In this document: positions 1 to 10,628 of the stretch, piece after piece
Layout of the letters: each line of letters opens with the position of its first letter
How positions within the stretch are numbered: position 1 is the first letter of the stretch
DNA from: an uncultured delta proteobacterium
GTDB lineage: Bacteria; Desulfobacterota; Binatia; DP-6
Direction of reading: 5' to 3'
DNA length: 64,000 nucleotides
NCBI GenBank assembly: GCA_963815115.1
Contig: CAWFFN010000005.1
Location: forward strand, 1,408,001 to 1,472,000
Made by a program: the position numbers and the translations under genes
Notes under the pieces: generated by a model
What the model was told of the DNA's origin: nothing
What the model saw: the letters and a program-made list of their open reading frames with translations, nothing else
The model's database searches: none

Positions 1-1
1 G

Positions 2-3000
2 AACCAACCCGCCTGCCTGACGGACCCGTCCACCGGCCTGGTCGACTGCGGCAATTGGGCGGTCTCGGCGTCGTGGAACGTGCCGACGAACGCGACGTCG
101 GGCATCTACTTCGCGTTGCTCGTGCGCGAGGACGCCACGCCGGGGGCGAGCCACGTCGTCTTCGTCGTGCGCGACGACAACGGCGGTTCGGATCTGTTCT
201 TCCAGACCTCCGACACCACCTGGCAGGCCTACAACCAGTACGGCGGGAACAGCCTCTACGTCGGCTCGCCCGCGGGGCGCGCCTTCAAGGTGAGCTACAA
301 TCGCCCGTTCACCACACGCGGGCCGACGCCGGAAGACTGGGTGTTCAACGCCGAGTACCCCATGGTCCGCTGGCTCGAGGCCAACGGCTACGACGTGAGC
401 TACACCACCGGAGTGGACACGGCGCGGAGAGGTGCGGAGCTCCTCGAGCACCGCGTGTTCCTGTCGGTCGGCCACGACGAGTACTGGTCCGGCGATCAAC
501 GGGCCAACGTCGAGGCGGCGCGTGATGCTGGCCTCCATCTCGCCTTCTTCAGCGGCAACGAGGTGTTCTGGAAGACGCGGTGGGAGAACAGCGTCGACGG
601 CTCGTCCACGCCGTATCGCACGCTGGTCACCTACAAGGAGACGCACGCCAACGCGAAGATCGATCCGCTCCCGAACGTGTGGACGGGCACGTGGCGCGAT
701 CCGCGCTTCAGCCCGCCGGCCGACGGCGGGCGGCCCGAGAACGGCCTCACCGGCACGATCTTCACCGTCAACTGCTGCTCGGACGCGATCACGGTTCCGT
801 CGGCCGACGGCCGCATGCGGTTCTGGCGCAACACCACCGTGGCGTCGCTCGGCCCCGGGCAGACCGCTACGCTCCCTCCCGAGACGCTCGGCTACGAGTG
901 GGACGAGGATCTCGACAACGGCGTGCGTCCCCCGGGCCTGGTGCGTCTCTCGACCACCACCCTCACGGAGCCGCAGCGCCTGCTCGACTTCGGCTCGAAC
1001 TACGGCACCGGGACGGCGACCCATCGTCTGGTTTTGCACAGGCAGCCGAACGGCGCGCTCGTGTTCGGCGCCGGCACCGTGCAGTGGTCCTGGGGGCTCG
1101 ATGACAATCACGACCGCGGCAGTGCACCGCCCGACGTCCGCATGCAGCAGGCGACGGTCAATCTCCTGGCCGACATGGGCGTGCAGCCCGCCACGCGACA
1201 GCCTGGCCTGGTCGCGGCCACCGCGTCGACCGACGGTTCCCCCCCGTCTGCGGCGATAACGTCTCCGGCCGACGGCGCGGTGGTCGCGAGTGGCGGCACG
1301 GTCGCGATCAGCGGCACTGCCGCCGACGGGGGCGGCGGCGTGGTGGGCGGCGTCGAGGTCTCCGTCGACGGCGGTACGACCTGGCATCCCGCCAGCGGGC
1401 GGGCGGCGTGGAGCTACTCGTGGACGGTGCCGGTACAATCGGGCTCCATCACGCTCCTGGCGCGCGCCGTGGACGACAGCGGCAACCTGGGTGCGCCCGG
1501 CGCGCCGGTCACGGTGACGACGGGCGGCTTCCAGGACCCGAACCAGGGTCCGGGCGGACCGATCCTGGTCATCACGCGACCCGCCGATCCCTTCGGTCGG
1601 TACTACGCCGAGATCCTGCGCGCCGAGGGCCTGCAGGCGTTCGCCGTGGCGGACATCGCGAGCGTGTCGGCATCGACGCTCGCGGGCTACGACGTCGTCG
1701 TGCTGGCCTCGATGCCGCTCAACGCGGCTCAGGTGTCCATGCTGACCAGCTGGGTGACGGCGGGCGGGAACCTCATCGCGATGCGCCCTGACGCCCAGCT
1801 CGCTTCGCTGCTCGGCCTCACTGCGGCCGGCAGTCCGCTGTCCAATGCGTATCTCCTGGTCAACACGGCCGCAGGTCCGGGAGCCGGCATCGTCGGTCAG
1901 ACGATCCAGTTCCACGGCGCCGCCGACCGCTACACGACGAGCGGTGCCACCGCCGTCGCCACGCTGTACGCGAACGCGTCCAGCGCCACCGCCAACCCGG
2001 CCGTGACGCTCCGGAGCGTCGGGACGATGGGTGGTCAGGCGGCGGCGTTCACGTATGATCTCGCGCGCTCCGTCGTCTACACGCGGCAGGGCAATCCGGC
2101 ATGGGCGGGTCAGGAGCGGGACGGCACGCCGCCGCGCCGGTCCGACGACCTGTTCTTCGGGAATGCCGCGGGCGATCCGCAGCCCGACTGGGTCGACCTC
2201 GGCAAGGTCGCCATCCCGCAGGCCGACGAACAGCAACGGCTGCTCGCGAACCTGATCCTCCAGATGAACCTGGACCGCAAACCCTTGCCACGCTTCTGGT
2301 ACCTCCCGCGCGGGCTCCAGGCGGCCGTCCTGATGAGCGGTGACGACCACGGCAACGGCGGGACCGCCGGGCGGTTCGACGGCTACATCGCCGACAGCCC
2401 GCCGGGGTGCTCCGTGCCCGACTGGGAATGCGTCCGCAGCACCTCGTACGTCTATCCCGGCACGCCGAACCTGGACAACGCGGTGGGCTACAGCGCGGAG
2501 GGATTCGAGATCAGCATCCACGTGCTCACCAATTGCGAGGACTGGACCCCGGCGTCGCTGGACGCCTTCTTCGACAACCAGCTCGACGCGCTGGAGTCAC
2601 AGCTCGAGGGCCTCCCCCCGCCCGCGAGCGAGCGCAATCACTGCATCGCGTGGAGCGACTGGGCGACGCAGCCCAAGGTCGAGAACGCGCACGGCATGCG
2701 GCTCGACACCAACTACTACTACTGGCCGCCGGACTGGGTGCAGGATCGGCCGGGGCTGTTCACCGGGTCCGGCATGCCCATGCGCTTTGCCGACGTCGAC
2801 GGCACGATGATCGATGTCTACCAGGCCGTCACCCAGATGACCGACGAATCGGGGCAGACGTTCCCGTTCACGATCGACACCCTGCTCGACCGTGCCCTCG
2901 GCCCGGAGGGCTACTACGGCGTCTTCACGGCCAACATGCACACCGACAGCGAGGCGTCGGACGGCTCCGACGCCATCGTCGCCTCCGCGCAGGCGCGCGG

Positions 3001-5077
3001 CGTGCCGATCGTGTCGGGACGCCAGATGCTCGAATGGCTCGACGGGCGCAACGGCGCCGCCTTCGGCTCGATCTCGTGGAGCGTCGACACCCTGCGGTTC
3101 ACGGTCGGCGTGGCGGCGGGCGTGAACGGCCTGCAGGCGATGCTGCCGACGCACTCCGCGCGCGGCGTGCTCGGCACGATCACGCTCGGCGGGAGTCCCG
3201 TCGCCTTCACCCCGCGCACGATCAAAGGCATCGAGTACGCGTTCTTCCCCGCCGCCGCCGGCCAGTACGTCGCCCGCTACCCCGTGCCCGGCGACACCGA
3301 CGGCGACGGATGGGCGCCGCCCGCGGACTGCAACGATCACAACGCAGCGATGTTCCCCGGCGCGCCGGAGCTGTGCGACGGCCTCGACAACGACTGCAAC
3401 GGCACGGCCGACGATCCCTTCCCCGACGTCGGCGCCGCCTGCACGGTGGGTGTCGGAGCGTGCGCGGCCACCGGCCTCCGCGTCTGTACCGGCGAGGGGA
3501 CGAGCACCGTCTGCAACGCGATCCCGGGCACGCCCACGACCGAGCGTTGCGACGGGATCGACAACGACTGCGACGGGCAGGTGGACGAGGCGTTCACCGA
3601 TCTGAACACCGCGTGCACGGTGGGGGTGGGCGACTGCTCCAGGACCGGCGTGAAGGTCTGTCTCGGCAACGGATCGGGCACCACGTGCAGCGTGACGCCG
3701 GGAACGCCCACGACCGAGGTCTGCGACGGACACGACAACGACTGCGACGGTCAGATCGACGACTCGCCATCCGATGCCGGCCAGCCCTGTAACACCGGCC
3801 AGCTCGGCACCTGCGCGGCCGGCACCCGCCAGTGCCAGGGCGGCGCGTTGCAGTGCGTGCGCAACACGGGTCCTTCGGGGGAACGCTGCAACGGCCTGGA
3901 CGATGACTGCGACGGCAGCGTCGACGAGACCTTCGCCGACCTCGGTGGCACGTGCAGCGTCGGTATCGGCGACTGCGCGCGAACCGGCGTGAAGGTGTGT
4001 CTCGGCGACGGCTCGGGCACCACCTGCGGTGCGACCCCGGGAGCACCCGCAACCGAGATCTGCGACGGGCACGACAACGACTGCGACGGTCAGATCGACG
4101 ATGGGAATCCGGGGGGCGGCGGGAGCTGCACCACCGGCCAGCAGGGCGTGTGCTCGGCGGGCACGATGCAGTGCCAGAGCGGTGGGCTGGTGTGCGTCCG
4201 CAACGTCAACCCGACCTCGGAGACCTGCAACGGCGTCGACGACAACTGTAACGGTGCGGTCGACGAGGGAACCGGTGGTGGAAGCTGCACGACGGGACTG
4301 CCCGGCGTGTGTGCGGAGGGAACCCGCCAGTGTCAGGGGGGAACCCTGCTGTGCGTCGCGAATGCGGCAGTCCCCGAGATCTGTGACGGGCAGGACAACG
4401 ACTGCGACGGCGCGATCGACGAAGGCAATCCAGGTGGCGGCGCCGCCTGCACCACCGGTGAATCGGGCGTCTGCGCCGCGGGGACGATGCGCTGCGAGGA
4501 GGGAACGCTGACCTGCGTGCGCGACGTGGAGCCATCGGGCGAGCTCTGCGGCACCGGCCTCGACGAGGACTGCAACGGACAGACCGACGAGCCGGGCTGC
4601 ATCGATTGTCTCCCGGCCGACAGCGTGACGGCGCCCACCCAGACGCTGAAGACGTCGGTCAAGCTGTCGCCCACGGCCGCTCGCGACAGCGCCCAGACCA
4701 AGGGCAGCTTCCGGCTGCCGTCGGGTCTGACGCTGGCGCCGGACGGACAGGACGTGATGCTGCGGCTCACGGACGGCACCGGAACGACCTACTACTCGGG
4801 CACGATCCCCGCCGGCAGCTTCGTCGCGTCCAGCAGCCGGCGCAGCTTCAAGTTCAACGACCGGACCATGGCGCACGCGGGTGTCCGCGCGAGCAAGTTC
4901 ACCGTCGCGGGGGACGGCACGCTCGTCAAGTACAGCTTCAAGATGAAGGGGCTCGACGAGCCGCCGTTCATCGCTGGCACGGGCACGGCACTCATCAAGA
5001 TCGGCCCGCGCTGCTTCGCGGACCCGTCGGATGCGTGCACCCTCTCCGGCTCGGGCCGGGCGGCGCGCTGCAAGTGA
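2..5077 (+). CDS. Large modular protein, 5'-partial: N,N-dimethylformamidase beta-like domain, Ig-like domain, NodB-like domain, 8 MopE-like Cys/Asp repeats and a C-terminal beta domain
   Basis: Frame open from base 2 (NQPACLTDPSTGLVDCGNW...). Motifs TWQAYN, VSYNRP, GHDEYWS, GNEVFW; Ig-like VEVSVDGGTTW; eight CxGxDxDCxG repeats. Confidence 0.85.
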   Translation, partial: NQPACLTDPSTGLVDCGNWAVSASWNVPTNATSGIYFALLVREDATPGASHVVFVVRDDNGGSDLFFQTSDTTWQAYNQYGGNSLYVGSPAGRAFKVSYNRPFTTRGPTPEDWVFNAEYPMVRWLEANGYDVSYTTGVDTARRGAELLEHRVFLSVGHDEYWSGDQRANVEAARDAGLHLAFFSGNEVFWKTRWENSVDGSSTPYRTLVTYKETHANAKIDPLPNVWTGTWRDPRFSPPADGGRPENGLTGTIFTVNCCSDAITVPSADGRMRFWRNTTVASLGPGQTATLPPETLGYEWDEDLDNGVRPPGLVRLSTTTLTEPQRLLDFGSNYGTGTATHRLVLHRQPNGALVFGAGTVQWSWGLDDNHDRGSAPPDVRMQQATVNLLADMGVQPATRQPGLVAATASTDGSPPSAAITSPADGAVVASGGTVAISGTAADGGGGVVGGVEVSVDGGTTWHPASGRAAWSYSWTVPVQSGSITLLARAVDDSGNLGAPGAPVTVTTGGFQDPNQGPGGPILVITRPADPFGRYYAEILRAEGLQAFAVADIASVSASTLAGYDVVVLASMPLNAAQVSMLTSWVTAGGNLIAMRPDAQLASLLGLTAAGSPLSNAYLLVNTAAGPGAGIVGQTIQFHGAADRYTTSGATAVATLYANASSATANPAVTLRSVGTMGGQAAAFTYDLARSVVYTRQGNPAWAGQERDGTPPRRSDDLFFGNAAGDPQPDWVDLGKVAIPQADEQQRLLANLILQMNLDRKPLPRFWYLPRGLQAAVLMSGDDHGNGGTAGRFDGYIADSPPGCSVPDWECVRSTSYVYPGTPNLDNAVGYSAEGFEISIHVLTNCEDWTPASLDAFFDNQLDALESQLEGLPPPASERNHCIAWSDWATQPKVENAHGMRLDTNYYYWPPDWVQDRPGLFTGSGMPMRFADVDGTMIDVYQAVTQMTDESGQTFPFTIDTLLDRALGPEGYYGVFTANMHTDSEASDGSDAIVASAQARGVPIVSGRQMLEWLDGRNGAAFGSISWSVDTLRFTVGVAAGVNGLQAMLPTHSARGVLGTITLGGSPVAFTPRTIKGIEYAFFPAAAGQYVARYPVPGDTDGDGWAPPADCNDHNAAMFPGAPELCDGLDNDCNGTADDPFPDVGAACTVGVGACAATGLRVCTGEGTSTVCNAIPGTPTTERCDGIDNDCDGQVDEAFTDLNTACTVGVGDCSRTGVKVCLGNGSGTTCSVTPGTPTTEVCDGHDNDCDGQIDDSPSDAGQPCNTGQLGTCAAGTRQCQGGALQCVRNTGPSGERCNGLDDDCDGSVDETFADLGGTCSVGIGDCARTGVKVCLGDGSGTTCGATPGAPATEICDGHDNDCDGQIDDGNPGGGGSCTTGQQGVCSAGTMQCQSGGLVCVRNVNPTSETCNGVDDNCNGAVDEGTGGGSCTTGLPGVCAEGTRQCQGGTLLCVANAAVPEICDGQDNDCDGAIDEGNPGGGAACTTGESGVCAAGTMRCEEGTLTCVRDVEPSGELCGTGLDEDCNGQTDEPGCIDCLPADSVTAPTQTLKTSVKLSPTAARDSAQTKGSFRLPSGLTLAPDGQDVMLRLTDGTGTTYYSGTIPAGSFVASSSRRSFKFNDRTMAHAGVRASKFTVAGDGTLVKYSFKMKGLDEPPFIAGTGTALIKIGPRCFADPSDACTLSGSGRAARCK
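3370..4590 (+). repeat. Intragenic Cys/Asp-rich repeats (ExCDGxDNDCDGxxD), 8 copies
   Basis: Recurrent tgcgacgg...gacaacgactgcgacgg; units near 3540-3780 and 3880-4140 are similar at DNA level. Confidence 0.85.
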
Positions 5078-5096
5078 TCTAGCCGGCGCGACGGCG

Positions 5097-5845
5097 CTAC
5101 AGCTCCCACTCGACGGGGAACATCGGATCGGGCCGGTAGGCACAGAAGAGTCCGGTCTGCACGGCGCGGTCGAGGTGACGGCCGAGGACGGGGCACCCGG
5201 CCTCGATCCTGCGCACGACCTTGCGCACTGCCCGGGTGACGTTCAGCCGTGCCCGCTCGGCGTCCGAACCTGCCTTGCGGGCGCGTCCGCCCAGGCCGGT
5301 CGCGCGATTGAGCTCGTCGGCGAGCATCTCCATCTCCTCGCGCAGCCGGGCGGCACGTCCGATGTCGTTGAACTCCTGCGCCTCCTGCAGCTCGCCCTGG
5401 AGCTCGCCGAGCCGCGCCTTGTAGGCGCGGCGGGCGTCGGCGTCGAGCATCTCGCCGGAATCGCCGGCGTGCAGGTCCTCGGCGCCTCCGAGGTCGAGGG
5501 CATGAAATTCGTGGCCCGGGTTGCGGAAGGAACTCGAGGAGGTACGCGACGCCCTTCATGTCCTTGAGGCGCGTGAGCTCGTCGTCGCAGGTGACCCTCC
5601 ACACGTCGCCTTCGTGACGCAGGCTGGCGATGCGTGGCGCACCGACGGCTGGGGCGAGCGCCACCGCGACGGCCGCCGGTGTCCGCGACGCCGCCTCGTC
5701 TGCCGCCAGCCGCTCCTGCAGGGCGACGAGCTCGAGCCGCGCCGCCGTGGCGGCCGCTTCCGCGCTCAGCGTGGCGGCGCGCTCCCGATCGCCGCGCTTC
5801 CCGCGCGCGCGCAAGCTGCGCGCCAGCTCGTGCTGGGTGTAGTGA
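5097..5845 (-). pseudogene. C-terminal fragment of a large ATPase/TPR-type transcriptional regulator (5'-truncated, frameshifted)
   Basis: LRHEGDVWRV...DMKGVAYL followed, after frame changes, by MLDADARRAYKARL...GLGGRARKAGSDAERARLNVTRA...TGLFCAYRP. No start context or ATPase domain. Confidence 0.7.
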
Positions 5846-5947
5846 GCGGGTCCGGATCGGGTCAAGCGCACGGCGCCCGCACCCGACGTCCTTTTCCACT
5901 TCACGCGCGCAATGGATCCGTGGTAGGCGGGAGCGGGGGGAACGCCA

Positions 5948-8785
5948 GTGTTGCGATTCGCAGCTCTTGGCTCGCTCGTCGTCGCCCTCACTGGGTCGCC
6001 GGTCCGTGCCACCACCGCTCAGGATCTCTGCGGCAACCCCGTTCCCGATCCCTGCCGGATCACGACGTACCGCGCGGTGGCGCCCGGATCTGTTCTCGAC
6101 TTTCGCCCCGGCGCTCTCATCCTCGCGGCGAATGGAATCCTCGACGCCGGCGCTGGTCAGATGGGGATCGTCGCCCGCGCCGTGACGCTCGGGTCCGGAT
6201 CCCGGCTGCTCGCGGCCGGCGGCCGGGTCAGCGTCCTCGCGGAAGATCGCATCACGGTCGACGCTGCGGCCAGGATCGACGTCTCGGCCACGGGCGGCGG
6301 CGGGGCGATCGTGCTGTTCGCGCTCGCCGACGTCCTGATCGACGGCGCGCTGCGCGCGAGGGGGGTCGGGATACCCGCGTTCGGCGGATCGATCTTCGTC
6401 GCGGCCGACGCCGCGGTCCGCCTCGACGACGTGGACGCCAGCGGTGGCTCCCAGGCGTATCCGATCACAGATCGGGCGAGCGTCCGCGTCGTGGCCGGCG
6501 GCCGTGTGGATCTGAACGGCCTCGTCGACGCCTCGCACGGCGAGTGCCTGACCTGCTCGATCGACGTCAAGGCGGGCGGCGACCTCACCGCGCAGAAGCT
6601 GGACGTGCACGCGACGGGCCCGTCGGGCAACGGCGGCTCGATCACGGTCGAGAGCGAGGGCTCGATCAGGCTGAACGGTGATCTCGCTGCGCCCGGGGGC
6701 GGCGGCGACCCGGATTTCGGCGGTGGCGGCGGTGAGGTCGAGGTGACCGCGCACGACGACCTCGCGGTGAACGGCTCGATCCTCCTCGGGGGCACGGCGC
6801 CCGACGGCGATGGCGGCACGTTCGACCTGCAGGCGGGCGGTGACCTCCGGATCGCCACCTCGTCCGTGCTCGACACGGAAGGCGGTGGTGAAGGCTGCGG
6901 TGGCTCCCCCAGCTCGCTCGACGCGGGGCGCGATCTCACCATCGGACGGATCAAGGCGGGCGGCGACTCCTGCGGCGGAGGATCACTCGACGCGTCGGCC
7001 GGGCGCGACGTGACGGTGCTGGGTCGGGTCACCGCGGGCGCCAACGCGGACGGCTCCGGGGGAGACGTGACGATCACCGCGGCGCGCGCGGCGGACATCC
7101 GTGCCGACCTCGACGCCAGTGGGGCGGCGGCCGGGAGCGGGGGCTCGGTCCTGGTCGAGGGTTGTACGGTGAGCATCCTGGCCGGCGTCGTGATCCAGAC
7201 GAACGGCTCCGACGGCGGCAACACGCTGCTCGCCCATGGCCTGATGACGGTCGCGGGGCGTCTCGAAGCGGGCGGCGCGAACGTCCTCGCCTTCGGCAAC
7301 CCCGCCAGCCCGCCGATCATCACCGGAGCGGTCGTCCCCCCGACGACCCCGAGACTCGATCCGACTCTGACCCCCTGCGCCGGACTGGCCGCGTGCGGCG
7401 ATGGGACGCGCGACGCATCCGAGGAATGCGACGACGGCAACACGGAGTCCTGCGACGGATGCTCGGCCAGCTGCCAGGTCGAGCTCTGCGGCAACGGCCG
7501 GCTGGACTGCGGCGAGGTGTGCGATCCACCGGACCTCGAGCACTGCGACGCCGCCTGCCAGGTGCTGCCCCAGGCCATCGTCACGCTTCCCGGCGCGCCT
7601 CGTCGAAACGGCTGCGAGCTCGAGTGGAAGGTGGAGCTCGGCGATCCGACCCTGGACTCGCATGGCCTCCCGAAGACGACCCAGAGCTGCATCGACGGGG
7701 ATACCGCCTGTGACGCCGACGCCGCCAACGATGGCCGCTGCACGATCCGGACACGCGTCTGCCTGCGCGCCCGCGACCCGCGACTTCCCGACTGTGCGCC
7801 GGGCGCGATCGACAGCGTCAAGATGAAGTCCCCGTTGCCTCTGAATTCCGACGACCCGACCGACGTCGCCAACGCGAACGTCCTGCGCGATGCGCTGAGC
7901 GCTCTGGGCGTGACCGTGAAGCAGGGGACCACGGTCCTGCACGCCGGCGTTCCGGATCCCCAGCTCGATCACTGCACCCCGCCGCTCTCGCTGGTCGTGC
8001 CGCATGGCGCGAGGAAGGAGCGCCGCCGCTTCGACCTCGGCGCCCAGGACGTCGACGGCCACGTCATGACCGGCAACCCGCTGAGGCTCGACTGTGCCCC
8101 GAGCACCGCGGTGTGCGGAGACGGCGTCGTCGGCACGGGCGAGAACTGCGACGATGGCAACACGCAGGGGTGCGACGGCTGCTCGCCGACCTGCCATGCG
8201 GAGGCGTGCGGCAACGGCGTCATCGACTGCAACGAGCAGTGCGACGCCGGCATGCCGAACCCGCCGCCCGCGACCGGCTGCACGGCGGCCTGCACGGAGA
8301 CCCCGCCCGCACTGCGCATCCCGGGTGGCGGCGGCCGCCCGGTCGACTGCGCCCAGGAATGGGCGCTGGTCCTCGACGCGAGCGAGACCGCGGTCGACGG
8401 ACGGGGCGTTCCGAAGACCACCCAGGAGTGCGTCGACGACGATCCCCGGTGCGACTTCGACGCGACGTCCGGTACCTGTCGCCTGCACGTCTTCTCGTGC
8501 CTGGGAGGCGCTGATGTCCGGCTGGGATGCCCGGCTGCCACCGTCGCCAGCGTCGACGTGGTGCAGCCGCGCGTTTCGGACGGCGGCACGGTTCGCGATG
8601 CGCTGATCGGTGCCCTGAGCGAGCTGCACCTCCCGGTGGGTCCCGGAGAAGCGTGTACGCGGCGGGTCGACGTCGACGTGCCGGCGGGGAGGAAGGGCGC
8701 CGTGCTCAAGCTGAGCGCCGCCCTGGCCAGCGGGAAACCAGACCGCGACAAGCTGAAGGTCCGCTGCCTTCCCGCCGCCCCGTGA
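5948..8785 (+). CDS. Secreted Gly-rich beta-helix (adhesin-like) protein with Myxococcus-type Cys-rich (DUF4215-like) repeats and a duplicated Cys domain
   Basis: Signal peptide; GGxGGxIxxxA repeats; CGDG..EECDDGN..DGCS..C repeats; two PKTTQxCxDxD..CD modules. Confidence 0.8.
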   Translation: MLRFAALGSLVVALTGSPVRATTAQDLCGNPVPDPCRITTYRAVAPGSVLDFRPGALILAANGILDAGAGQMGIVARAVTLGSGSRLLAAGGRVSVLAEDRITVDAAARIDVSATGGGGAIVLFALADVLIDGALRARGVGIPAFGGSIFVAADAAVRLDDVDASGGSQAYPITDRASVRVVAGGRVDLNGLVDASHGECLTCSIDVKAGGDLTAQKLDVHATGPSGNGGSITVESEGSIRLNGDLAAPGGGGDPDFGGGGGEVEVTAHDDLAVNGSILLGGTAPDGDGGTFDLQAGGDLRIATSSVLDTEGGGEGCGGSPSSLDAGRDLTIGRIKAGGDSCGGGSLDASAGRDVTVLGRVTAGANADGSGGDVTITAARAADIRADLDASGAAAGSGGSVLVEGCTVSILAGVVIQTNGSDGGNTLLAHGLMTVAGRLEAGGANVLAFGNPASPPIITGAVVPPTTPRLDPTLTPCAGLAACGDGTRDASEECDDGNTESCDGCSASCQVELCGNGRLDCGEVCDPPDLEHCDAACQVLPQAIVTLPGAPRRNGCELEWKVELGDPTLDSHGLPKTTQSCIDGDTACDADAANDGRCTIRTRVCLRARDPRLPDCAPGAIDSVKMKSPLPLNSDDPTDVANANVLRDALSALGVTVKQGTTVLHAGVPDPQLDHCTPPLSLVVPHGARKERRRFDLGAQDVDGHVMTGNPLRLDCAPSTAVCGDGVVGTGENCDDGNTQGCDGCSPTCHAEACGNGVIDCNEQCDAGMPNPPPATGCTAACTETPPALRIPGGGGRPVDCAQEWALVLDASETAVDGRGVPKTTQECVDDDPRCDFDATSGTCRLHVFSCLGGADVRLGCPAATVASVDVVQPRVSDGGTVRDALIGALSELHLPVGPGEACTRRVDVDVPAGRKGAVLKLSAALASGKPDRDKLKVRCLPAAP

Positions 8786-8794
8786 CGGCGGTGC

Positions 8795-10261
8795 TCAGCC
8801 GCGCGCGGCCGCGGCTTCGCCGCCGACGCCGAGGGCGCGGTGCAGCAGACCAATCAGGTGAGGCCGCATGCGCCCCGCAGGTACGACGGCGTCGAGCGAG
8901 CCGACACGCCGCGCGCGTTCGACCGAGTGGACGGCGTCGAACTCGTCGGCGATCCGTCGCTGCGCCGCCAGGACCGCGTCGTCCATTGCACGCTGCAGCG
9001 CCGCCCGCGCCTCTCCGCTCGGATGCGGGCCGAGCGCACCGCGGAGGCGTTGCACGGTCGGGTCGGCGGCGGCCCGTGCCCGCACCTCGCGCGTGAGCAC
9101 GACGGCCGCGGCCGGCGCTCCTCCGATCACCGAAGCGTAGGAGCCCTCCAGCGCCGAGGCGTCGAGCGCCGGGTTCAGCGCCCTGGAGAATACGACGTAC
9201 GCGTCGCCGTGATAGCGCGAGACCACCAGGAAGCAGATCGGACCCTCGAACTCGACCACCGCGCGGGCGATCTCGGCGCCGTGCTCGAGCTGGAGGTTCC
9301 GCATCGACTCCGGTGAGCCGTCGAAGCCGGAGAGGTTGGCGAGCACGACGGCTGGCCGGTTGCCGCTCGCCGCCCCGAGCGCGCGCGCCACCTTCTTCGA
9401 GGACAGCGGGAAGAGCGTGCCGCCGGTCCACGCCGCCGGGCCATCCGACGGCCGATACCCCTCGCGGAGCACGGGCCGGCTTTCGATGCCGATCAGGCAT
9501 ACCGGGATCCCGCCGACATGCGCATCCCAGACGATGGCAGTCTCGGCGTTCGCCCACCGGCGCCAGCGCTCGAGCCAGTCGCCGTCCTGATCGATGAGGG
9601 CCTGCATGACGGCCCGCATCGCGAACGGTCGCTTGCGGCCGGCATTGGTGCGCTCGTCGAAGATGCTGCCGACGGTGGCGAAGCCGTCGTCGGAGTCGCT
9701 CACATAGGGATAGTCGCGGACGTCGCGGTCGAACGGATCGTCTGTGAGGTGCGAGCGGGGACGACGTTCGCCGGGTGCGACGTAGGTGAAGCGATAGTGT
9801 GCGTACAGGGTACGATAGGCGCCCAGCAGGTCGGGCGCGTCGTACTGCCCTTCGCCGTTGAGCCCCATCACCCGCTCATAGCCGCCGATCGCCACCTCGT
9901 CCTCCGCCGCGACGCTGCCCGAGGCCTCGAGCGCGGCCCGGCCCGTGAGAACCATCGAGGCCCCGGGCGTCATCACGAGCGCGCCGCGCGTGTGCATGAG
10001 CATCGTGGCGAGCGCATTCCAGTAGCTCTGTGCGCCCACGTTCACCCCCGACACCAGCACATGGATGACGCCGCCCCGGCGCGTGAAGGAGACGATTCGC
10101 CGCACGACACGGGCGGTCGCATCGAGATTCTCGGTTCCGCTGTCCATGGCGATGCGGGCGCCGCTCGAGATTGGCACCCACTCCAGCGGCACCCCGCGTG
10201 CCTCGGCGAGATCGATGGCGGCCACGATGCGATCGCATTCGGCACCGCCGAGCGCACCCAT
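8795..10261 (-). pseudogene. C-terminal carboxyltransferase part of a multidomain biotin-dependent acyl-CoA carboxylase, 5'-truncated
   Basis: SSGARIAMDSGTEN, GVNVGAQSYWN, LANLSGFDGSPESM motifs. Begins mid-domain immediately next to the repeat at 10266. Confidence 0.75.
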
Positions 10262-10265
10262 CTCC

Positions 10266-10353
10266 TGTTACGGAGCGTGCGAAAATGCGGCGAAGGTCCG
10301 GGATGGGGCGTTCTGTAAGCCTCCGCGGCAAAAGGCCCTTCGTCGTGCCTATC
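10266..10353 (+). mobile_element. Orphan oriIS-like end of an IS91/ISCR-type element (copy 1)
   Basis: About 85 bp clearly similar to the reverse complement of 10994-11078; ends ...TTCGTCGTGCCTATC; internal TTACGGA/TCTGTAA stem. Confidence 0.55.
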
Positions 10354-10628
10354 AGCTCCCCGCCGGACACGTCCTGGTGCTCGACGGCATCGCCTGGGGC
10401 GCCAGCGCTGGGATGCCGGGACGCCTGATCGGCATCCTCGTCGACATCAACGGCGATTTCACCAACGCACCCTGGAACGACAGCGCCATCGCCGACTCCG
10501 TCGGAGACGTCGCACACGACGTGTTCATCCCGAACATCCCAATCAAGAGCGGCGTGACACCGTGCCTGCACAGCGGCGGCACGATCACGCGCGGCATCGT
10601 TCACGGCTTCCTCACCAACGACAGATAG
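10348..10628 (+). pseudogene. 3' fragment of a hypothetical gene cut at the oriIS-like end
   Basis: Coding-like YQLPAGHVLVLDGIAW...IVHGFLTNDR* begins exactly at CCTATC. Confidence 0.45.

Noticed and set aside
3370-4590. CRISPR-like periodic repeats
   Set aside because: In-frame degenerate protein repeats with no cas genes.
2597-5143. 848-aa minus-strand ORF
   Set aside because: Antisense shadow of a high-GC gene with no motifs; the same applies to most overlapping Arg/Ala/Pro-rich ORFs in the track.
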